A stretch of DNA of 64,000 bases from Lytechinus pictus (lineage: Eukaryota). This document shows positions 52,201-64,000 of this stretch, piece by piece (the stretch's first letter is position 1; each line of letters starts with the position of its first letter). The DNA is taken from NCBI RefSeq assembly GCF_037042905.1, contig NC_087251.1, forward strand, positions 8,804,001 to 8,868,000, given 5' to 3'. The notes under the pieces were generated by a model that was not told the origin of the DNA, did no database searches, and saw nothing but the letters and a program-made list of their open reading frames with translations. Position numbers and translations under genes: made by a program.

Positions 52201-54605
52201 TTTGTATCGGGCCTTTTCTATTCAATCAAGCCAGCTTACAACCAGTTAATCTACTCCACCCGTCCAGTACACGTGCGCAAACAATCACTTATAAGGTTTC
52301 TTTTTTAATCGTGTCTGTTTTCCAGGACAGAGGATACATGTTCTTATTCATATCTTTCTATTCGGCATTAGATCTACATTTTCTGCGTCATCACTTCACA
52401 GGCAATCTCTGTCACCACCACCACCTGCCCCCACTCCGTACTTCGCTCGCTTCGTCCGGCTCTCACATATTTTTGTTTTCAACCACCCCCTCCCCCTCTC
52501 TCTTGCTACCTCCGCTTCCTGACACATACGCAACACATACATTCATACGTACATGCATAATTCCATTTTCTATATCTCTTCAAGTGTATCCGATTTCTAG
52601 CGTTATATAATCCATGAGCAATTTTCCCCTGAATCAGGTTCACTTCAGGGCATAACAATTACTATTATGATAACTTTACCTTCAAATGGTAACTACCATG
52701 TTGACATAACACAACAGTCAATCAAAATCAAGTATTCCATGACAGTTACAATTGGATGGCAAATTTACCATAATAAGTAACTTTTATGCAACGGGACCAG
52801 GTCAGTTAATTCAGAAAAACAACAAAAAATAACACACCAGGGAGACACTGATATCTAAAGTACTGATCCTCACATGATTTATCTTTAAAATGGTAATCTT
52901 TTGTAGTATCTTACATGATGCATGTCATAAACATTAGCAAACTTATTATTTCAATATATTGATGTACATTCAACATCAATAACAGATTCAGAATCGTAAC
53001 AAATCATATAGGAATGCAATCTACTATAAAATGGAACAAAGAACAGGTAGTTTACAAAAATATATAGCAAGAGACAGACATTAACAATTGTCTTACCTGC
53101 CTATATGTATGTCACCATAAGAATACCTCAATACCACAAGAAGGACAATGATTACAGTATTTCCACAGAAAGTACATCAACCTTGGGCCTGGGTTAAATC
53201 TAACCCATCAAACTTTAGAACCCCAACTTGAAAAGATTTACAAGTTAAACAGTCCTTTTTGCAGAAAGTTTGAATTTTGGAGTCTGGACTGGATCAGATC
53301 TTATTCAATTTCTAACTTGACTTGTGGCTTTAAGAGATGCATCTGAGGGATGCAGTAGCATCAGCCCCCCCCCCCCCTACGAAAGGCATTTATCTTGACC
53401 TCTTAACTGGGTCAGATCCAGCTGATTTCATAACTTGACTATTACAATTCAAGAGACTGGGTATGAATTTGATGAAGCTATATATCTAGTATAAAAAAAT
53501 TATAGTTATTGTCATATTATTGACACAAAAGCTTGACAATTGCATAAAATCTGCACCATCAATGTCAATACAGACAAATAAAGTCTACTTTGTCTATGCA
53601 AGCAAGACAAAAATGTCTGAATTCATGTATTTTAGCATACTATTTAATATCGTTGCTGTTACAAAATTTAAAGAAAAAAAAATCAACCCGTCACCTACAT
53701 TAAGGAATGTGTACATAAATAAACTATAATTTTTTACATAATAGGCCTAAAATTAGGCAAACATCTTACAGCTAATAAGTAAATTCCAAACTTCTAAAGT
53801 CCAGAGTTAACAATTACATTTTTATGGATTGTTTCATATTCCATGCTTGCCTAAGAGATGTAGCATAACTACTCATTTTCTCTTTACTTTCTTGTACATG
53901 TATGTTGTATACAATCACAGTTATGAGAGAGAATCTCATAACACATTTTCCCACATATATTTAGTAGGTTATTGCATTGATCACATATACAATATTATAT
54001 AAGTTCTTCACTATAAAAAACAAATTGCACATAAGCATAAATATGAATTTATTACTACTGTATAAGATACATTTATTTCCTGTTTAACTTATGGAATTAA
54101 TTCTGAAATTAGGGAGCTTTTAAAAACATGATAGAAGGAAAAGAGAATGGAAGATTCAAAGAAAATTGAACTGTACATGCTAAGTTCTAAATTTTTATTT
54201 AGATTATGAAAATCTGATTAGGATTGAACGTTTGCAGATCTATCATCATCTAAATATTGTCATATTTTCAAAAGCTCCATAACAGCATACATACAGTATA
54301 TAATGGCCTATCTCATTTTTTATCTGCAATGATTGTAACAGCTGTAAACAAATATTTTAAAATATTGTTACCTTTATCTGTATAATGTCAATTTTGACAT
54401 AAACTGGTAATTTAGTAACTTTAACGTTTTCAATAAGACATACACAGATTTCTGTACTAATATCAAAAGCAAAAGTCAATTGAAATCAAAATTCAAATTT
54501 GACCCATCATTCATCTCATACTGGGACAATTACACCCTGAATAATGAATATCTTTGGCAATAAATGCATAAACACAAAATTTAACAAACATGTTTAAACT
54601 TATAT

Positions 54606-56476
54606 CGTCACTTGCCCGCACAAAGGCCGCTATCTGCAAATTTTGTCAAAATTTTCGAAAAATACTTTTTGTCTGTATCAGGTAGGAAATAAAAAATGCT
54701 ACCATTTGATACGTCACTTTTTTTCCAGATGCGTCTTTTTTATTGAATTATTCTTAAAGGCCGTTATCTCCCTTTGGTACAAAATTTCCCTGCACAAAGG
54801 CCGCTATTTGCATTATGGCATTTGTGCAGTGACAAAATTATGCAGTCAAATGCACAAAAGCCGCAATTGCGATAAGGACATCGCTGGCAGGGCAGTCAAT
54901 TGGCTGTCTATCTGCCAGAAAATGGTGCAGAAAAGAGACCCTGGGTCTGTGAAGGTTTGGACAAACTTCACAGAGGATTTCCAGGAGATTTGTGTCCATG
55001 GCATTGGAGATGCCAAAGGGATGCGCTGCAGACCCTGTATGAGCATCCTATTGGAATTGCTCCTGAGAAGAAACATGATCTACTTGATTTGTGTAAGGCA
55101 GGTATTATCCCAAGCCAGTACAAGGGATTCTATCATATTCATGCTGGCTTATTAATAAGAACTCTGTGTTCATCCATTATCAGTGTTGTAGTCAAGGCAT
55201 GAACTCTATAGGCTAAGGCCAACGCTAAGGCATCAAACTTCAAGGCCAAGGCATTACGACGTACATGAAACAAGAAATGCAGCTCAACAGATACACGTAC
55301 ATAAAACAAAGCAGTTAGTATTCAATGCGATGTTTATCGTATTCTGAAGTCAAAGAAGAGTAACATCTTTATCATGTTTATGTGTTTATATGCTACAGTA
55401 ATATAGTGTGAAATAGGGTACTGAAGTGATGGGCAGTTTGCATGTTTTCATCTGTGAAAATAAAACATGGTCTATAGCTTAATAGTATGTAATAAGACAT
55501 TGCAATGAAGGGGCGTTCTAAGCGAAACAACCTACCCTTTCATAATTAAAACATTATATAATAGGCAAGTGCATAGGAGGTGTATTTGTTGACGACGGCT
55601 GGAGTGATCAAGCAGGAACATTCGCCATTATAACCACAGAGAAAGTCAGTATTTTGAACCAAGTAAAAAAAAACCTACACATAATGGCATGGCAGTGAAG
55701 GGGCTCTTTTATGCAAGGGAGCGAGAAAATATGGCTATTTTCAGAAGTGAAATTATGGAGCATTTACGCTAGAATACCCTAATTGAATTTTTCAATATGT
55801 TAAAAGTTACTTTCTGTGGAAAGGTCCTAATTAAAAAGAGTGAATTTTATATCAAACAGAAAAAGAACAGTGAGTAGTAAAAACAAGAATATTCACTTTT
55901 ACTTTTCAGGAATAAAAAGGAAGCTTTTGTTTGGGTTTAAAGGACCACTAATATGGCAAAAAAAGAGCTTATATTATAATGTATAAAATAGAACAAGTGC
56001 AAAGTGTGCATCGTACAAAGAACACAACATAATGCATTTAAAAAAAAGGAGAAAATAGTGCAATTTCAGTTAGGAAAGGGGCATTTTTAATGCACTGTTT
56101 ATTACGAAAGGGGCATTTTTAACGCAGTTTACCCTGGGGGTGCTTTAAACCTCTATATCTAAATCTTTAAATAGTGGTGGGCTATAGAATGTTGATGTTT
56201 CAGATCACAGAGAGGACCAGCTCTATAGATGCAGCTTGTGCTCCTGAGCATTTTGACACCTTTTTCAGAAAAATCAGTCAAAAATTGAGGGGGTGCCACC
56301 AAAAAAACGATTTGGGGCAAAAAGGTTGTTGACCCCAACCCATTTTTGTCAAAAGTGTATATCTCGGCTTCTTCATAAGCTATTTCAACGATTTTTGTGT
56401 CAAATTCTATGTTATTTTGGACAACTAACCTTTCCATCGCCACGCGCGATAGTGGCCTTTGTGCAGGCACGCGACG
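54606..56476 (+). mobile_element. Sola1-like non-autonomous DNA transposon (TSD ATAT) downstream of the CCS stop
   Basis: TIR CGTC(A/G)C(T/G)TGCC(C/T)GCACAAAGGCC(G/A)CTATC; ATAT at 54602-54605 and 56477-56480; residual transposase-like C-terminus DIAGRAVNWLSI../LYEHPIGIAPEKKHDLLDLCKAGIIPSQYKGFY. The Sola1 assignment rests on the AWWT target and a recalled motif. Confidence 0.72.
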
Positions 56477-56611
56477 ATATGCATACTTTCAGACAAAGGG
56501 TATTCTTGTAAAAAAAATCTCAGATTTGCCTGGCATAGCAAAACTTAACATATGCAGACTAAGTATTACAGTTCATTGATAACCGATAAATGAATATCGA
56601 TTGCTTTTGAG

Positions 56612-59600
56612 CTAGAGTTTTCCAGCCTTTTTCTTTGCGAACTCACTTCTTTCCTTACCAGCAACAGGCACTTCTCTCTCATCCCAAAGTGTGATACCAT
56701 CACAGGCACAGATCTTCTTTGTATTCTCAAATAATCCTGCTGATCTAGCTATCACACCACATGAAATTCTATGGAGAGACAAGAAGATGGATTGATACAG
56801 ATTATATGATGTTAAGAGTACAATGAAGAGAAGATAGGTGAAAGAGGAAATGACATTCAGGAAAGAAATTATATGGAAGGTTCTGAGACAGAAATTTTTT
56901 TTTTATAAAGAAAGGTGAGGAAGGAAGAATGGAGAGAGATGAGATAGTGCAGGGAGATAGGATCAACAATGATAACAAACTGAAGTTAACAATAATTACA
57001 ACATCAAATAATGATAATTTTCCAACCTTCACTTTACTAACCAGCTATCTTTAACATTTATCTATCAAGATCACATTTCCTGTGCTTGGTAAGTTTGGTT
57101 TCTCATTAAATCATACACATGTCAATCAATATCACATGGTGACACAGACCACTTCTCTGTCTTCTTCTGGAAGTCCATTATAGGTTTCACTGGATTTTTT
57201 TTATTGTTAATAGATTCATTGCTTGCATTAGCTAGTCAGTCCATCTTTCCACTTGAAATATCTATATAAAGTGCCTTAAATGTCTACTACTGCTACTGCT
57301 GTTGCTACTACTACTACAACTACTACTACAACTACCACCACTACCACCACCACTACCGCAACAACTACTACTTCTACCACTACCACTACTACTACTACCA
57401 CTACCACCACCACTACCACTACTACCATACTACTACTACTACTACCACTACCACTACTACCACTACTACCACGTCCACTACTACTACTACCAATACTACT
57501 ACTACTACCACTACCACTACTACTACCACTACCACCACTACCACTACTACTACTACCACTACCAGTACCACCACCACCACCACTAGCACCACCAACACCA
57601 CCACTATCATTATTATTATTACTAAATTAAGTGAAATCTCTATCAACAGTAGGTAAAACTATAACATGATTCATGATCTCCCCATGATTCTTCAAATTAT
57701 TAAAAACTGGTGTCAATGACTGTTTTTGGTTGATTATATGTCTATCTTTTTAAACAAATATAATATTAGTATTGTAAGAAATATTGGTAGAAACAATGCA
57801 TTGTAAGATGCTATCAAATTGAGGGGGTGGTGATGGTTGTGAGGTGGAGAACCTTTATTCATAATAATAATAATAATGCACAGGCTTTTTCCATGATAAA
57901 GAACGTACCCAATACCAAATTTAGCTCCAATATCTGTGGTGACACCAGACTTTTCTCCAACGACCATGGATCGACCAATAACATCCCAAACCTGAAAAAT
58001 ATCAATACATGAATAAGGACACAATTGAGAATTAGACAGGGGATATTAAACAGGATGAATCGAAATGAATGACAAGAGAGATATAAAGATGAAAGGAAGG
58101 TTAATACCAAGGAAGGAAAAAAGATGATCAAGAATACCACAGTAACATATTTTATTTTGATGTTAACAAATATTTCCATCCCCAAAATGCCATGACATTC
58201 AGAATTTACTTAAGCCAGGCACATATCACATGATCCATTGCAATCTAATATTTAAATGAATTATGATAGCATTTAACATCCCAGTATATAAAGTCTTAAA
58301 GATCAAACTTCATAATAGTGGCATGAATATTGAAATACAAATTCCAGTCTCTTTTGAGCCTCCCTGTAGGAATAAAAGCAAATAAATTTCCAGTTTGCAA
58401 AGACGTTTACATCAGCTGCGACTTGAAGTTAATTTGGATTTGATTCCAACCACAAGGCTTGCTGCAAAGCAGACGTCTGATTATAGTATTCCATGAATTA
58501 TGACAAACTGCCAATAAAATAATTTTACTTCTTGTGAATTTCATGTTTAATGCAAATTGTAATTTATTTTATTGTGCGAGATTCCATAAAGACTAATTTG
58601 AAAGGGTAAAATGAAGGTAATTGAGACCTAGTTGTTTCCTGTCACTTTTTCTTATGATTTCAAGTTTGGATACCATTCGTGCTATAAAATTCTCCTCTTT
58701 TCAAATACTGGATTGTGTTAAAAGTAGAAGGCATCATCCCATGCTTGTTGCATTCATGAAATAATTGGAGATATTTACGTCATGTTTCTTTGAGTAGAAT
58801 AATCTAAATTTCTAACATTGACATTAGTAAGTCCATGTACTAAGTATCATATTCCTTTGATTATACCTCATGGATTTCTAAACTACAATTAGTCAAACTG
58901 TTAGACTACATCTATTGTACATTGTATAGAGGGACTGAAAGGTTTGATTACACAAACATCCTTTTAGGCATTGCTGCCCTCTTTGGTCAAATATGGTAAA
59001 ACTTGATAGTGAGAATTCAATAGGCTATAATAAACAGTGGGCATGCCACACACTAAGACTAAATCAAAGCTTTAATTGATATATTATATTGTGTGAGTCA
59101 TCATGGAAGTGGAATAAAACAGAAATCTTCCTGATGACCAATAAAAATATTGATATGTTTCCCAACATGCTCAAATAGATTACCGTTCGGGACAATTTGC
59201 AAGGGCCACAATCACTTATTAATTGCCACTAATTTGCTATTATCCAAGCCACAATATCACTAACAGATTTTTGAGATATTATATTTTTGTTTAAATATCA
59301 TAATTAAAATGGAAATTTTCCATTTTGAATGTCCATTGCATGTACTTTGTGTGTTCATTGTTCAATACTATATCATTTCATCTTCAATTCCCCTTTTTTG
59401 TACCTTGAGTTGATCATTTTCCATTCTGAATGTGGATCTGCCATTGTCTTCTGCAACAATCTCACCAAGATATCCTGTTGCCTAAACAAGAGTAAAATAC
59501 AGAGAATAATGAAAATATTGCCAACTTGCACCCCATACACTGTGTTCATAGTGAAGTTAATCAAGTCTTGACAGAATAATACTCTGAAAAAAAAAGGACA

Positions 59601-62600
59601 GATATGATGTTTATACCTCGGTCACATTTGCTCTATGGCGAGTCTAAAACAGCAGTTTAAACATTTTTGTACCAGTTAAATATAGGTGGTTTGAATAAAA
59701 ATATAAAAATAAATTTTTATATTTTTATATTTATATGGTTTGAATAAAAATATAAAAATAAAACGGCTGTTTTCGGCTCGCCGTAGAGCAAATGTGACCA
59801 AGGTATTAATGACAAACTTGTTCGTTTTTTTTTATCAATGTGAGATCTGCCTCTCAAACTATGCAAGCCCGGGGGGGGGGGGGGGGGGTACTCACGAAAT
59901 AAGGCATACAGAGATGTGCCGCTGGAATGGGTCGCTTTTTGGGAAGAAATCCCTAAACATGGGGTATGGTTTTATGCTGGAAAATCCATAAACATGCCCC
60001 CAATTTTTAGATAATGGCCTTAAACATGGTCCATATTCTCCTCTAACTTTGGGTGATAACCTTTTTTTTGCTTGTCAAATTTTAATAGATCCCTAATAAT
60101 GGGTACCGTTTTAGCCAAAATGATCCGTAAATATGGGTATGGGTTTTGAACCATCAGCTGCACACCCCGTCCAAACTAAATCTAAGTACCCCCCCCCCCC
60201 CAGGCAAGCTCCACAAAATGCAGATAGACAATTAAAATGTATGATTAATAAGAGAAGTACTTCATATATTTCTTTGCTAAACCTTAAAGCCTCTTTGCTC
60301 AAGAATACAGGGTATAGATATACAATTTGTAATTAACACATCATATAACTATTCTCACCTTTTGTTCTGCAGCCTTCTCTCCATGAAGTATACCTCTTGC
60401 ATCAAATATGTTGCCACAACTGAAAGAATAACAATACAAAAATAAAGGACTCAGAATGCATGAGAACTTTAAATCAAATCAGGTAAGATTGACTAATTTT
60501 AGTAAATATACTAAAAAATATATTAGACAATTACACAGTGATAGAAGGATAAGGTTTTTTTGTTTGAGGGCAATCTCATTGATCTGGTGGTAAGTAAATA
60601 ATGATTCAATTTGCATGAGAAAGTGGACACTTAAATTCATTTATAATTGCTTGAACAACTTTAATACATCTTTAGGGTAATATCTTTTTTACTGATCTAT
60701 CTTTATTTATTCATTTAAATAAGGCATTCATGAATTTCTTGCTGATCATTATATCATCAACAAAAAAGGGTTCACTCACCAGACATATTCTCTCTCCTGA
60801 GCTTCCATTATCTATCAAAATTACAAAATTTTGGTATTTCCAACAAAGCAGTTATTTCAAGGTAGCTCAAAAATGATTACTTTCCTTTCTCATATACCTG
60901 TTTCTTGCTTTTCAATTCTAACTTAACCTCTTTCATTTTGATTCATCTTCAACTTCTCTTCATTCCACCCTCCAAATGGTCCTTTACAGGACTAAACACA
61001 TGTTGTAAGTCTCCTCTCCGTAATCTGTATAACCATGTAAACTTGCAAAGATCTAAAATTAATATGAATTGTAGAGTGTAATCTTTCATTTTGGTTGCTG
61101 ACCTTGCACACCCCTCAGAGATGTCTCCATATTGATGGATGCGGAGAGGATGTTTGCCTGGTGATAGACCATCAATAGTCCCATCAATGATACAAGTCTC
61201 CTGAGCTACCTGAAGTAATCTAACCACTCCTCGGGCAGACTCTCCTGTCTCTAGCAAAGCTACAGCTGCTCCAAGGTGTTTACCTGAAGGAAGAGGTGTA
61301 GAGGTGTTGTGGCTCAGTGGATAAGTCTCCTGACTTTGAACCACAGGGGCTGGGGTTCGAATCACACTGCAGCACTCGCATCTTTTGGCAAGGCATTTAT
61401 CTGCATTTGCCGCTCTCCATCCAGGTGTAGTAAATGGGTACCTGGTAGGAAGAAATTCCTTGAATGCCATCCGATCAGAGTAGCCATGCTAAAGCCGAGG
61501 TAATAGCATGCAGTGCTTAAAAACATGTTATTAAGCGCTATATATTTGTTTGATATTATTATCATTATAATTAAATTTATCTATTATAGACAGAGGTACC
61601 TTGAAACCAGGCTATAGTGATTTTGAAGCACTCTATAACAGCACCCCCCCAAAAAAAAATAATACACACAAATTGATCTCATACACCCGCCAATTCACAC
61701 ACTTAATGCATTTATAAAATTGAGATGCCTCGTGCCTGACTGTAACTGATTTCTTTCAAACTGTATATTATCCTATTTTAATAGTCAGAATGCGAGAGGA
61801 CATTTAATGAGATTAAGCTGGGCAAGCTATAATGTTCATCTGACAAGCAATATCAATGAAAGTCACTTCTTCAAACACATTTAGTGAAACAGCACAGAAG
61901 AATGACGGTGCTTAGCAAACTTTGCTAATAAATATCTAAGCACATTTTCAATGACTGATGTCAGAATCACCAAAATTGACTGGATTGACCAAAATACATT
62001 GTGCATTAAGTTTTTTTTACCAAGATATTGTTTTCCTTCAGCAGTGGATTATAAAACCTGTCACTTGCGAAAAACAATTCTTTAAATCAAGCAGTAAAAC
62101 TTGAATCAAGGCACTGTTACACTAAAGTTGTCAGCACTGATAAATTGTTGTTCTCTGACTATTGCCAATCCAAACCAAGGATTTTACTGGCATTTAGTCA
62201 GAGATGACAACTTTCATGAGTATACACTTTCATGAATAACCAATCTGCTCTTTAACTTACCTGTGACATTTGACCCTTGACCCTTCAAGACAGCTCTACG
62301 TCCTGTTGACTCCAAGAGTGCAGTCACTCTGCTGGAAGGAAGCAGAGTAGTAACAATCACCTGCTCCTTAGAGAGATTGATATCAACCCCCTGGATACCT
62401 GTTACAAAGAATTATTTCAATTAAAGTTAAAGCAATTCACCAAAGAACACAGTTATAAAAAAAAACGTGTTCTCTCTTTGACAATAAAAACAGTTCAGTT
62501 GCACTACTGGCAAACTTTTCTTAAGAATTACTTCCAAATGAGAGAGGCAATAAAAGGGTTCATGAATCAATCAAAAGCATTCATGATATCCAGCAAGATA

Positions 62601-63189
62601 CTCTTTTCTTCAGACTAATTAATCAAGAATGGTACATGTATACAATACTCCCTAAGTACCTTTAAGTACCTGGGAGCCTGGGAGGACAAGCCCAATGCCT
62701 CTGGACCTATAATTTGACTTTAACTTTAACAAGAAGCTTAAGAAATAACAATCCTTATTTTTTTGTGAGCAATACAAGTACATGTAATTTTCATCAAAAT
62801 CAGTGCAAACTATTACATATATGAAAGATGTGATAGTCGTGCCCCTTTGGGATTGACAAAGAAATAGTCGCCTTGTCTGCACTATTTTGGGTTTTTTTTC
62901 TATGACAGAGACAACATGGTTGACATTTTACCCCTTTTCACTACAAGTATTTGAATTAGAATAAGGAATACCTGTCTTAGTACAGTACTAAGGATGTCAT
63001 GTATGTGTTTATTTGTTGCTTGATTAAAATTCTGAAGAAAAAAAATATATGCATAGACAAGACATCACACTGACCTTACATATTATCAGATTAAACAAAA
63101 GTAGGCCTAAACATACCTTCTATCCCTTCAAGAGATTTTTTGACAGCTTCCACACAACTATTGCATGTCATCTGCACAGCAAACTCCAT
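56612..63189 (-). CDS. CCS: Copper chaperone for superoxide dismutase (7 exons seen; 5' exon not found, probably outside the window)
   Basis: Exons 63117-63189 ([23 protein letters not shown] domain MxCxxC), 62261-62398, 61103-61283 ([28 protein letters not shown]), 60359-60419, 59404-59481, 57909-57991 (VWDVIGRS), 56612-56768 ([29 protein letters not shown], domain-3 CxC; TAG stop). Phases consistent, 771 nt. The first exon seen is preceded by a TGCAG acceptor. Confidence 0.95.
57282..57605. repeat. (ACT/ACC)n trinucleotide microsatellite in the last CCS intron
   Basis: Directly visible; explains the poly-T/L/Y/H/V ORFs at 57280-57646. Confidence 0.95.
59614..59805. mobile_element. PIF/Harbinger-type MITE (TSD TTA)
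   Basis: TIR TACCT(C/T)GGTCACATTTGCTCTA(T/C)GGCGA; TTA at 59611-59613 and 59806-59808. Confidence 0.88.
59869..60204. mobile_element. MITE with poly-G/poly-C TIRs, 5-bp TSD CAAGC
   Basis: CCGGGG(n)TACT / AGTACCCC(n)AGG; CAAGC at 59864-59868 and 60205-60209. Confidence 0.75.
61300..61568 (+). mobile_element. tRNA-derived SINE (Meta/SURF1-like core, L2-type tail)
   Basis: Pol III A box TGGCTCAGTGG (61310-61320), B box GGTTCGAATC (61354-61363), core GGCAAGGCATTTA..CCAGGTGTAGTAAATGGGTACC, tail GCGCTATATA..TATTATT like the L2 end at 45525. Confidence 0.85.
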
Positions 63190-63364
63190 CTGCATTCAGA
63201 AAATAATATATTGTTTTGCAGAGCTAATATTCATTTAAAATCAACAATCAGCTTTAAGTTTAACCACGATAACAAGAGAACTGTTAGACCGATAAATAGG
63301 TCTATTTCTGTCAGGGATATGCTCAGCTGAGACTTTGTCTGGCTCCACGGTATCCCCTCCATCA

Positions 63365-63969
63365 ATAGACAGATGATGGCCATTGGACTCGTAATGGTGG
63401 AGGTTCAACCGACGCTTAACTACAGCTTCTATGGAGAAAGGGGATGCTTTTGCATCCTCCTCGATTACTCCTAAACTTTGCTTTTCAACGGGGTAAAAGG
63501 GAAGAAATAATAAAGATAAATTTATATTAAACACATTCAGCTTACCACCCTCCCGAAAAAATTTGATGACTAACAGATCAGGATCAGCCAGGTTCTTCTT
63601 TGATCGCCCGATCGCCATCAGCGCAGCTACAGCTGATGAGCGTACGAACATGCCAACCGTCAATCCGCTGGCGCGTCTGTTCATTCAGCTGTAGCAATGG
63701 AAGAAGAACCACCTGGCTGGTCCCGATCTGTTTGTCATCAAAATTTGCTATTTTCCAGCATATTTTTCAGAAAGGTTGTAAGCTGATTGTATTTGATGTA
63801 AATTTATCTTTAATATTTCTTCCTTTTTCCCCCCATCAAAAAACAAAATTTAGGAGTAATCTAATTGAGGGTGCAAAAGTGCACCCTTTCTCCATACCAT
63901 AGTCACTGTAGTTAAGCGGTGGTTGTTTGCTCTACACCATTACAAGCCCAATGGCCATCATCCGTCTAT
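63365..63969. mobile_element. Foldback MITE with long imperfect TIRs in the CCS 5' intron
   Basis: ATAGACAGATGATGGCCATTGG / CCAATGGCCATCATCCGTCTAT; inverted similarity continues for about 200 bp (63431-63523 versus 63799-63896). Confidence 0.8.
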
Positions 63970-64000
63970 GTGTGAGGATAAAAAAAGTCACAAAATGTTG

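Noticed and set aside
54643-55202. 170-aa and 100-aa ORFs as an independent gene
   Set aside because: They lie within a TIR element and contain only frameshifted transposase-like remnants.
57280-57646. Poly-Thr/Leu/Tyr-His/Val ORFs (mucin-like)
   Set aside because: They are translations of an intronic (ACT/ACC)n microsatellite, with no splice or domain support.
61300-61375. tRNA gene
   Set aside because: It has A and B boxes but no proper acceptor stem, and it continues into a SINE core and tail.
63241-63902. ORFs as CCS exon 1 or as a separate gene
   Set aside because: They fall largely within a foldback MITE, with no similarity to the CCS N-terminus.

Overview
AT-rich, intron-rich animal genomic DNA. 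The repeat repertoire and the proteins suggest an invertebrate deuterostome, probably a sea urchin (inference only). Almost all ORFs in the supplied track are spurious or are exon fragments. By splicing GT-AG exons by hand with consistent phases I reconstructed three minus-strand genes. (1) A complete 18-exon TXNDC16/ERp90-like gene (34300->9224, 843 aa, signal peptide, C-terminal HVEL). (2) A 5-exon gene for a small secreted protein with a furin-type site and two EGF-like domains separated by an acidic linker (48865->42236, 234 aa). (3) Seven exons of CCS, the copper chaperone for SOD1 (63189->56612); its first exon was not found and probably lies beyond the window. This CCS appears to have lost most SOD-like Zn ligands. 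The rest is dense with transposon remnants: hAT, Academ-like, Harbinger, pogo and Sola1-like fragments; many MITEs with readable TIRs and TSDs, including a family with 6-bp TSDs; L2/CR1-type LINE ends; a tRNA-derived SINE; a Helentron-associated-type tandem-repeat element; and a Penelope-like element carrying a minimal hammerhead ribozyme. There is one 157-nt assembly gap. All family assignments come from recalled motifs, not from database searches.
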